From contig CBDDTI010000606.1 in the NCBI GenBank assembly GCA_965233585.1, positions 1 to 25,180 of the forward strand: a DNA stretch of 25,180 nucleotides, read 5' to 3'. Each line of letters starts with the position of its first letter. Position 1 is the stretch's first letter. A model generated the notes under the pieces. That model ran no database searches and was not told where the DNA came from. It saw nothing but the letters and a program-made list of their open reading frames with translations. The translations under genes and the position numbers were made by a program. Positions 11,101-19,998 of the stretch are shown one piece after another. This DNA is from a bacterium (GTDB lineage: Bacteria; SAR324; NAC60-12).

Positions 11101-11699
11101 CCCTTTGTAATATCGCGTTGAAGAGTTCTTGACTCGGGTGCTCCCTCATGTTCACGTCAACAATCGTCAGTTTGGCGTTTGCCTCGTTTTCCGTTTCGCA
11201 GACTGTCTGATTGCGTATCAGAGTTTTGCCAAGGCTCTTGCCGCCAAGTACTAGAGTGAATTCATTCAAGAGCATGGCATCTCTCAGCGCCTTCATAAAG
11301 TCGCCCCTGTCCACAACCTCCTTGGTATTGATGAACTCATCTTGGAGCCGTCTTACATTGGACAAGTACTCCTCAACTCCCAGGCCTCCTCTTTTAGCAG
11401 CCTCGCAAGCCAACCTGTAGAACTCATATGGTGGACGTAGTCTTGGTACTCCTGTGTCTTCTTTGCGAGTGCTGCGCAATCCGATTCTGGAACTCTTGCC
11501 TTGATGTCTTGAACAATCTAGAATGAGCAAAAGCAAGCTTCACTAAGGTCTCTAAAGAAAAAACAGTAAGAAACTCCTCTAAACCCCGTTTGTCGAAGGC
11601 GCTGTGGTTCAAAGACTGGATGAAACAGACGGTAGAGGCAAGGCAGACTGCAAGGACTGAAAGGACAAAGAGCCATGGCTTTCTGCGGACACGCGCCAT
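8168..11699 (-). CDS. Host multi-exon gene (~569 aa): hydrophobic leader + P-loop (STAND/AAA-like) ATPase + C-terminal Crinkler/ubiquitin-like domain
   Basis: Predicted exons 11699-11585, 11517-10204, 9794-9742, 8804-8757, 8656-8627, 8425-8363 and 8254-8168 join in frame (1710 nt, ending TAG). Walker A GGKSLGKT, Walker B CIVVDEAN. The small exons spell SVWVRQLRE|DDSGGFDFVGNAFQVK|DMQNIDDLKK|GIKKEEELAIAPSKIDIFSQE|DFNWSKEEKMSESLRNNDEDTPYGYVVP*. Donors are GT, GT, GA, GA, GT, GA and all acceptors are AG. Exon 4 could instead end 6 nt further, at 8751. Confidence 0.8.
8878..9293 (+). repeat. 144-bp direct duplication (8878-9021 and 9150-9293) inside predicted intron 3
   Basis: GGGCACAGCAAAGGAACAAGGGCATGGCAG...CCCTGCAATCTT(G/C)TCCCCAAA occurs twice, 272 bp apart, with few differences. 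Confidence 0.93.
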
Positions 11700-12257
11700 G
11701 CCGCCTCAGCTGCTGGAAAACACTAAAGGTAGAAACAATATGAAACAATCATGAAGGCTTGTTCTTGGTAGGCACACATATCGGCTGTCTGTTTAAAATA
11801 ATGTGGATTACTGCTGTGTTACTGCATCGCATCCTTAGCTGTCTATAATTGCATTTGGATTGGAGCTGTGAGGTGCTGCAATGACACTGGGGATGCAAAC
11901 ATAAACATGGCGACAATCCAAAGTGCTCATGGGTACAGTTACTACCCCTGCTTTTTTGGCAATTCCGCAAGGCAACAGCATATTTGTTAAAGTCATGTCA
12001 TGTCATGTCAATATTCAATATGTCAAACTCAAACTGCGTTTTGATCGAGGAGTTTTGAGCCTTTGATCCGGAGCTTGGGAACAATCACAACAATCACAAT
12101 CACAAACAGCAAACTGGCTGACAAATTATATACGAGAGACAGGCTTTGATGTTGAACCTGTTTGGGGGATTTGTTGGGGACGGCTATTTATATGTATGTA
12201 TTGAGGGTAAAAATGCTTAAACAAATATTAAGGTATATAATAAAGTATATTTGCAGT

Positions 12258-12611
12258 ATGCCTTGTTACTTTGTAAGTAGTGGAGTTGAAATCCCGATGA
12301 CGAATGAAACCTTCGACTTTATTTGGAACGGTTTTGGAAACAAAGAACTGACTGACAGCGAAACGTCTTCTTCATCTGAAGACGGTGCTAAAACAGGTTC
12401 ATCTGGTGAAAAAGCTAGAAGTGCTGAGTGGAGAAAACAAGATGACGGATACTACAACAGAAAACCGAACGACGAAACGTATTTCCAAAAATATTACCAC
12501 GAGAAAACAAAACAACCTTGTGTATGCGATATATGCGGCTCTGCCATGAGCTGTAAATCAAACTTGGCAAAGCACAAGAAAACAAAGAAGTGCCAGCGGT
12601 TCTTGGTTTGA
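12258..12611 (+). CDS. Small C-terminal Zn-finger (C-x2-C-x12-H-x5-C) protein, 117 aa
   Basis: The ATG at 12258 is conserved in copy A. CVCDICGSAMSCKSNLAKHKKTKKC is preceded by a KYYHEK motif common in small viral Zn-finger proteins. Confidence 0.78.
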   Translation: MPCYFVSSGVEIPMTNETFDFIWNGFGNKELTDSETSSSSEDGAKTGSSGEKARSAEWRKQDDGYYNRKPNDETYFQKYYHEKTKQPCVCDICGSAMSCKSNLAKHKKTKKCQRFLV

Positions 12612-12672
12612 GTTCACTATGATTTTATGATACAAAAAAAAATGTCATAAAATTATAATCTAAGTATTTTTA

Positions 12673-13611
12673 ATGACAAGATTGGAAAAAGAAAAGGTAT
12701 TGGCAAGAATATATTACGACGTGGAGGAGGGCTTCGGTTCGGTGAGGGACTTATACGAAAAGGCTAGGAAAGTCGATGTGGGCATAACTTTGGATATGGT
12801 ATCTACATGGATGAGGGCGCAACCGAACAAGCAAACAAGAAACTACAAGAACTACAATTCCTACACTGCACCTTTCCCGAAGTATGAATACCAAATTGAC
12901 TTGATGGATGTTACCAGTTTGTTGCGAGACGTAGGTTCTGAAATCAAAAGTCAACTAAGATATGGTTTAGTTTGTATAGATATATTCAGTAAAAAATGTC
13001 ACATAGTCCCTATCCAGAATAAAGATGGTGATGACGTTTATAAAGCAGTCATGGAGTGTTTCAAGGTACTAGGTCAGTCCTTGTCGATTTACAGTGACGA
13101 CGAAGGAGCGTTGAACAGCAAGAAGCTGCAAACATTTTTTAAGGAGGAAGGTATAACACACGTAATAACAAAGACACACGCAAATCAGGCAGAAAGGATG
13201 ATACGCACGGTCAAAAAAATGATTGGGGACAGATTGAGGCATTACAAAACCAAAACATGGGTGGAAGTGCTAAAACCATCATTGAATAGATACAACAACC
13301 AAATCCACAGTAGCACCAAAACAACACCAAATAACGCGCACAATCTTGATAACGTAATTTCGGTCAGAGCAAATCTGATACTGAAAGAAAAGCACAACAG
13401 AAAATATCCAAACATAAGTGAAGGAGATTATGTTAAGATATTTGATAAAGGAAAGGGCAACTATGTATCAAGGAAAGAAACTAGAAGTCAATGGAGTGAA
13501 AGAAAGTATAAAGTAATACTAGTTGGTCGTGATATGATGAATAATAGATACTATAAACTAGATGGAATGAGTAAAAGATATAATAGGCATGAACTACTTT
13601 TGGTTGCTTAG
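12673..13611 (+). CDS. int: rve (retroviral-like DDE) integrase, 312 aa, intact
   Basis: N-terminal IYYD..GFGS..LY, catalytic QIDL / YSDD / QAER, YNNQIHSST, and a C-terminal GDYVKI..WS...YKV..YKL SH3-like fold as in Polinton integrases. No chromodomain. Confidence 0.95.
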   Translation: MTRLEKEKVLARIYYDVEEGFGSVRDLYEKARKVDVGITLDMVSTWMRAQPNKQTRNYKNYNSYTAPFPKYEYQIDLMDVTSLLRDVGSEIKSQLRYGLVCIDIFSKKCHIVPIQNKDGDDVYKAVMECFKVLGQSLSIYSDDEGALNSKKLQTFFKEEGITHVITKTHANQAERMIRTVKKMIGDRLRHYKTKTWVEVLKPSLNRYNNQIHSSTKTTPNNAHNLDNVISVRANLILKEKHNRKYPNISEGDYVKIFDKGKGNYVSRKETRSQWSERKYKVILVGRDMMNNRYYKLDGMSKRYNRHELLLVA

Positions 13612-13619
13612 TAACTGCT

Positions 13620-14210
13620 CTTTTTTCTCCTGTTTTTGCCTTTCTCTTCTTTTGGGCATTAATTCCATCTTTCTCTCTTTTTTGTATCTTTTTCTTTGTG
13701 TTTGCCTCATTGCGTCTCTGTTTCCTTCTCTCTACCTTTAATTCTTGTCATAACATGTGTCCTTATTTTTGCAGCGTTTCTTTTTTTCTCGTATTTTCTC
13801 TTTATTGTTATCGTGATGCTGTTTGTCTTTTTCTTTGTATTTTTCAATATTCTCTATTTGAATATGTGGCGTCCTTTCGTTTCTTCAAGGTGATGCTCTC
13901 CTGTGGCATCGTAATATTCCATTCAAGTCCGACCAACAAAACATCCGCTAAGACGGCTCTTATCATTTTCAATATATTCACCTTCTCTCTTTTTAAGTTG
14001 CTTTCTGTTTTGGCATGGGCATTCTTCAATAAGAACCATTTTACAGTTTTCAACACCGAACTCATCAAACGATTTCATAGAGTTGGGACGGTGTTTTTGG
14101 GTATTTATATTGTTTATATTTATATAGATAAGATTTATCATCTCTTCTATGTCTTGCCATTCTTTGAATTAGTTATTCAGTTGCTGAATTTATATCCATA
14201 TATCTTAAAT
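13620..14210 (-). pseudogene. GIY-YIG endonuclease-like remnant, copy B
   Basis: ORF 13923-14141 reads SMKSFDEFGVENCKMVLIEECPCQNRKQLKKREGEYIEND; upstream fragments give STTE..RMARHR. Interrupted by stops; boundaries approximate. Confidence 0.68.
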
Positions 14211-17200
14211 CATCTTTTCGTTACGTAGATATTTTATGGCATAATGTCCAAACGGGAGACTCTCACAATCTGAATACCAGTAGCGTTTATTGTCGTAGTT
14301 GCTTAAAGCATATTTAGTCTGATTAATGCTATAGATTTGATGGTTCTTACTTCTGATAGTGTTAAAACTGACTTCTTCTTTACAGTTTCTATTCAATGTC
14401 TCTTCATAAGTTTTGTAACTTAACTGATTGCTCACTTTGTGTTTGACTACTCCTTTACTCTTCTTGTGTTCTTTCTCATCACCATATACTTTATAGCAAT
14501 ATGCTTTTGGTTTTAATCCTATAAAGTGAGTAATTATTTTACCGTTCATTTCATCCTTGAACTTGCCTAATACCTTCTTATTTGTTTTGTCATAGTTTGG
14601 ATGTTCTACATAATAATCACTAAAATCCATATATTCATTAATTTCTTTGAAGTCTTCATATAAGTCATCAGTCTCAACTTTTATTACATAACTATCAGTC
14701 TCAGTATATACCAACTTGATATTATCTTGATATTTTGGTTTCAAAACATCATAATAGAAGGAATACATGTGAATTTTAGAATAGTCTAAAATAGACATAC
14801 CCATGTAGATAGGTTTGTTTAGTTCCACTGTGTGTTTATCTTTTTCAACAATTACAAGGTCTTCATTTATGATATGTCTGTGTTTGAATAGCGGTTTATT
14901 TACCAGTTTTTGGAAGCGTTCAGGCGTATTGACAATTTCAAAATCACCATGCTTTCTTACATTCTCCATGGTAACACTGTTGTTCATTAACTTAAACAAA
15001 TCTTTTTCAAAATCATTTTTGGCATTCTTTCTCTTTTCAGTGTTGAATTCAATGAATGGTTTTAAGAAGTTTGCTTGTTTAAAACTTATTGCTCTATGGA
15101 CTTTTCTAAGACTTAATCCTTGTTGTAAATAAAACTTCAATGCTGATATATGTAAAACATACTTCTTTTTACCCATAACATTTAATACTAACTTATTTGT
15201 CTTTTCATCACTGGCATCTTTTCCATAATAGTATTTGTGTATATCCTTTTGGACTTGTGAAAGCATACTCCCATTGATACACATGATTTCAGGTGCTAGT
15301 GGGTAGTCTTTATGAAAATCATGTAGTTCTTTTGGATAATCTAAATCAACTTCTAATATGTATCCTATGTCATCATCATCATCATCATCACTATATTTCA
15401 TTACCCTCTTCTCATCCATTCTGCCGTAATACCATTTAAAATCGTCATAAGGCAGTTTCTTACACATTGCTAATCCGTAAAGGTTATTAGCATCTAAATA
15501 ACTTATGTATGATGAAGGTTTAGATTTATCATAATCTTCATTCATGTATTTATTGTGTGCGTCTACTTTCTTAAAGGAGCACTGTGTCATTCCTCCTCTT
15601 AATCCATGTTCAATCATCTCATACATTTCTTTTATGTGTATTTGTTGTAGTCTAACTCCTGTCAATGATAAAAAAGGCATTCCAAGAATAGTTAGGTAAA
15701 GTGATATAATATGCTGGGTCTAATCCATAATAGTTCAAACACATATCCCTAAAATTTTCAAAAACATCAGTTAGTAAATATACATCAGTCATCAAATACA
15801 AATCATGATATTCACCAAGATTCTTAATGCTAAAATGTTTCCACACAATATTTGCTCTGGCGTAGTCTTTGTCAGTTATGTTTTCTTCATATAATTGACT
15901 GTAAAAGTCTTCTTTCTTTGGTAGTTTTGTTTCATCAAATTTATCCCATGAATTCATATAGTCGTATGGATAGACACCCTTATCAGTCAGTAAATTCAAA
16001 TCAGTTTTAGATTTAATGTATGTGTTGGTGCTTGTATATCTAAAACGAGTTTCCCAGTCTTTAATCTTTTCATTTCCTTCATATTTGTTCAGTCTAACTA
16101 ATTTCTCTAATGATGCTGTTAAGAAAGCAAAACTGTCTTTAAACTGACAAGCGCCAAATGAAAAGGTTATGAACTTTTCGCTGTTTTGTGCTATTACCTC
16201 TATTCTTTTGTTTTGGTTTAGTTCTATGTTTAGTTCATGTGCTTTTGCTATGATTAAGTGAGCGTCATAATTTTCAAGATTATGAAAGAAAATAGGGATT
16301 TTAAAACGTTTAAAATACCTAAATGAATAATCCAGATTACACTTTACATGCGCCGCGCCTCTGTATTTGCCTGTGAAGTGGCAGTGGTCGCGGACTTTCT
16401 CATCATCAGGTTGGAATTTCTTATTACATATAGAGCAGTGGGTTGCTTGTCTAAATTCTGTCTTTTGTTCGTAAGTTAATTCATCCATTGGTTTATTAAC
16501 ATTCATCTTTTCAAATATATCTTTCTTAATTTCAGTCAGTTGTTCTACAAACTTTTTCATACAATCCTCACCTCTGTACAAGTACGGTTGGCATGTATTA
16601 TCAATCCTGCTTACTACATTTAGCATATAACCACATGGTTTATGTTCTTGGTAAGTTCCTCTGGGAGCACTGCTTCCAGAGCAACTTACGGCACCGAAGG
16701 TGCCGTAAGTTCCCTTTATTTCAATGTTAGAGTTAGTGGTTAGATATTCAAAATCACCGTAGATTACAAAAGGACAAGGCAATTTAGCATTATGCTTTTC
16801 AAATTCTATGTATGTGTCTTTATTTGGCATCTTTGTTTGTTGTCCTTCTGACGCCATACATCCTTTTTCAAGATGCTTCTTAAATACTTTTTCTGATTGA
16901 AATGGATTTAAGCAATGGTGGCAGTAAAACTTTTTATTAGTGTTGCTACTGCTCTGACAGTTTAGTAATCTAGATTTGTTTTTTACTAATACGTAATGAT
17001 AGTGATTATCTTCATCATAGACTTTTAATAAATATATTTCGTATTTAGCATTTCTATTTTTAGTGCCTCTATGTAATATGATTTTGTTGTCATTTAATCT
17101 GTCATCTGGTTCAAAAACATTTACTGAAACTGATTTAGTATTCTCTTCAAATCTGTCTATGTCCCTATTACCAGTTGGAAATTTTACACCATCCCAGTTC

Positions 17201-18052
17201 AACATATCATCTTTGAGTTTATTCTAGTGGAACATTTCCTCTGGGTGATGTTTGCTTATTTTGTCATAGACTATGGATTGAATACAATATTTGAAGCATT
17301 TTTGGTCTATATTTTTAATGTTGATACATGCCTTTTTTAGTTTAATCCATTCTGGTAATTCAATGTATCTCCCTGCTCTTGTTGGGTCATATCTGTCATA
17401 GTGAATAGTTATTGATAAAATCTTCTTAATCTTAAATTAGATGTTGAACCTTCTAAATTTTGTATTTGTAATCGGATTTGAATAACACTATCTTCTAATG
17501 CTTGTGCCAGTTCATCCTCATTACTAATATTGAAGCGGGTTGATGGTAGGGCATATACAAGTTCCTGACTTCCCAATTCATTTCCTCCATCATCATATTC
17601 AGGTTTTTCAAATAATCCTTCCGTTCTTATATTAAGTTTCATGCTTCTATTATTTCTCAAAAAAACTGATAGTCTTTGTTTTTGGTGCGCAATCATTTCT
17701 AATCCCCTTTCTCCTTGAAAGTGTTTGTTTTCCAAAACTATTGAATTAGGGTATCTTCTAAATGCTGATTGAATATCTCTGACCCTGAATTTGTTTTGTA
17801 GCGAGTTTGGTTAGTAATAGTCTAACCCTTTCTCTACTTACAACATCCGTTGCCTTTTTCATAGCATAACTTCTGTATTCATTAGTGTTCTTTACTGATA
17901 GTAGTTTCTTGGTCAAAACATTTGATATGGGCTTGTCTTTGTTGTATCTGAACTTTTTGTTGTCTATGATTATGGACTTCAATTATTTTCTTCCTTTTTT
18001 GGTATTTCTGCTAAATCATTACTCAAAAAAATAGTCTATAATTTTTTTTCAT
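14205..18052 (-). pseudogene. polB: Full-length protein-primed family B DNA polymerase, copy B; several frameshifts
   Basis: Consecutive fragments 17758-17982, 17409-17735, 15652-17205 and 14205-15680, likely start ATG at 18052. Zn finger CHHC..H..GC, ExoI IYGDFE, EndoVII-like CSIC..VRDHCHFTGKYRGAAHVKCN, ExoII FHNLENYD, ExoIII YLMTDV, motif A YLDANNLYG, motif B lacking YGK, motif C YTETDS. Confidence 0.95.
16651..16713. other. In-frame 54-bp GC-rich double-hairpin insertion in PolB with 9-bp direct repeat
   Basis: GTAAGTTCC at 16651-16659 and 16705-16713. Hairpin CTCTGGGAGCA-C-TGCTTCCAGAG (16659-16681) and perfect 13-bp stem AACTTACGGCACC-GAA-GGTGCCGTAAGTT (16683-16711). Confidence 0.85.
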
Positions 18053-18169
18053 CGTATAATAGTATATATTTTATTTAGTTAATTTATCTTTAAGTAGTTT
18101 TTTAAAGAATGCTTTATTCTAACCTTTGAATATATACTTAAAGAATAATTCTTTAAGTATATTTGTAGG
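18053..18169. promoter_or_regulatory. Putative divergent promoter region with a 31-bp AT-rich palindrome and ACTTAAAG motifs
   Basis: ATATACTTAAAGAAT-A-ATTCTTTAAGTATAT (18132-18162) and CTTTAAGT at 18088-18095, between divergent ATGs at 18052 and 18170. Confidence 0.5.
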
Positions 18170-18761
18170 ATGGATTGTGCGAAGGATTTACCCATTGATG
18201 TGTTGAGTAAAAGTGCTTCTTTAAAAAATTGGAGATCCTAAATATTTGAAGTTTAAATATTGTCATATTGAGGCATTAAAGAGAATACAAAATAAGTAAA
18301 AGTTTTCAAGACCTGGTTCTAAAATAACAAGACATTTGAAATCACGAAAAAAGATATACATATGTATATATAATTGAATACTGTATTATGAGAGAGGGAG
18401 TGCCATTTAGTTTCAAGGTTTAGAAGACATAATATCAGAAGAAAAAGAAGAATTATTATCTTTAATTTATGAAGAAGTAGAATATTACTTAAATTATAGA
18501 GTTACACATGATATTGAAGTTCAATTAGTGGAAAAACTACCAGATAAAGAATATGATATGGTGAACATGAATTTAGTTTTAGGGAAATTTACTTTATGAA
18601 TGGCTTTGATGAATATGTAGATGAAGATAATATAGACGAAGTATTAAATAAAGCAGTTGAAGAAATAAAAACCGATATAAGAAGACCAAGATAAAGATAG
18701 TATAACAGGAATACAAGCATTTCATTTTGAATTGATAATTATTGAAGAGATTTACTACTAA
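18170..18761 (+). pseudogene. Degraded element-encoded ORF of unknown function (~195 codons)
   Basis: Starts MDCAKDLPIDVLSK; viral-like AT-rich acidic codon pattern in broken frames (..NGFDEYVDEDNIDEVLNKAVEEIK.., ..GIQAFHFELIIIEEIYY*). Confidence 0.55.
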
Positions 18762-19384
18762 CATATTTCTAATAATATTTCTTTATTAGAATTATGGATT
18801 TGTAAGATAGGGTTATTATTAAAGGGTAGGGAATAATGTTTATTGTTGTCTATTGTTTTGTTTTTAATGGTAGCTAAAGCTATGCTTAGCTGCCACCACT
18901 ACACGGCGAGGCATCGCCGGAATGGGCTAACGCCCTGGTGCCGCCGACCCCCATTTGGAGGGCCATGGTTATCCGATGTTATCCGATGTTATCCTACATG
19001 TTTCCATATTTGTCATGTTTGTCCATGATTTTCACCAGGATTTGGGGTGATTTGAAGGTTGAAACTGACACGTGCGTGCCCGGCAGTTGGAATGGCCCAA
19101 TAGAAACAGCTTGTGGGGCCTAGGGAGGTACCATGGCCAAGCAAGCGGCACGCCTTCGAAAGCTGCTGCGGAGGGGTGTGAGGTTCTAACGCCTGCGAAA
19201 GCTGCTGCGGAAGTTTTGCGGCTTTTGGGGCCTGCCCAAAACGTGCCACATAGCAGTTTCGAAGCCCAATAGAAACAGCTTGTGGGGCCTAGGGAGGTAC
19301 CATGGCCAAGCAAGTGGGACACCTTCGAAAGCTGCCACATAGCAGTTTCGAAGCCCAATAGAAACAGCTTGTGGGGCCTAGGGA

Positions 19385-19998
19385 CTCAAAAGATCAGGTT
19401 AGGCAATTTCCTGCCTAATAGTTAATTTGTTATTTCGTACCTAATTAGGTAATTTTTAAGGTAAAAATGTAACCTAATTTTACGGTAATTCGGCACGTGG
19501 GGTTGACAGTTTGCGTGCAAACTTGCGAGGCGGGGCTGAAAGTTTGCATGCAAACTTGCGAGACGAGGTTGAAAGTTTGGATGCAAACTTGCGAGGGGAG
19601 GTTGAAAGTTTGCGCGCAAACTTGCGAGGGGGGGTTGAAAGTTTGCGCGAAAACTTGCGAGGCGGGGTTGAAAGTCTGCAAGCAAATTTGCGCCCTTTGA
19701 CACACACGCAAGCATTTGCATGCAAATGGTGGTGCAAACTTACACTCAAACTTGCGAGGGGGGCTTGAAAGTTTGCCTGCAAACTTGCGAGGGGAGGTTG
19801 AAAGTTTGCATGCAAACTTGCGAGGCGGGGTTGAAAGTTTGCGTGCAAACTTTCGTTGAAAGTTAGGTAAAAAAATAGTTAAGGCAAGAAAAATTAACTA
19901 ATTTAGGTCAGGAAAAAATAAACTAATAGTTAATTTTTTTTGGTCTAAGATAAGGAATTACCTTTTCGGCAGAAAATTGCCTAACCTGATCTATTGGG
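19385..19998. mobile_element. 614-bp non-autonomous TIR element (EnSpm/CACTA-like ends, 2-bp TSD) inserted in the 169-bp satellite
   Basis: Left CTCAAAAGATCAGGTTAGGCAATTTCCTGCC vs right reverse complement CCCAATAGATCAGGTTAGGCAATTTTCTGCC (28/31). GA is duplicated at 19383-19384 and 19999-20000 relative to the uninterrupted unit CCTAGGGAGGTACC. Confidence 0.88.
19500..19862. repeat. 33-bp tandem repeat, each unit containing an 18-bp palindrome
   Basis: GGGGTTGA-AAGTTTGC(AT/GC)GCAAACTT-GCGAGGC units, about 9 copies in two blocks separated by a degenerate spacer near 19685-19747. Confidence 0.93.

Larger units (their letters stand above)
12143..18868. mobile_element. Polinton/Maverick-like element, copy B (~6.7 kb)
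   Basis: Intronless AT-rich block: Zn-finger (+), integrase (+), GIY-YIG remnant (-), pPolB (-), unknown ORF remnant (+). Ends are approximate, set by homology with copy A and a composition shift; no TIR or TSD identified. Confidence 0.88.

Noticed and set aside
10106..11536. ATPase ORF as the Polinton A32/FtsK packaging ATPase, or as a stand-alone prokaryote-like gene
   Set aside because: It is GC-richer than the element, lies outside A/B homology, is spliced to flanking exons, and its motifs fit a STAND/AAA-like NTPase. The listed start is a TTG inside the predicted intron.
12081..12115. TIR pairing between the (ACAATC)n tract and the TTG-rich stretch at 18840-18866
   Set aside because: Only low-complexity similarity; no alignable TIR, AGT-type terminus or 6-bp TSD.
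13696..14228. Hydrophobic Phe-rich ORFs (also 1346-1964 on the minus strand) as membrane proteins
   Set aside because: They are the antisense of the A-rich, Lys/Glu-coding GIY-YIG remnant.
15652..15680. Programmed ribosomal frameshift in PolB
   Set aside because: One extra base in a 6-nt homopolymer in a gene with several other lesions; decay or sequencing error is simpler.
18869..18970. tRNA or hammerhead ribozyme
   Set aside because: No acceptor stem or TTCRA T-loop, and no CTGATGA/GAAA core on either strand.
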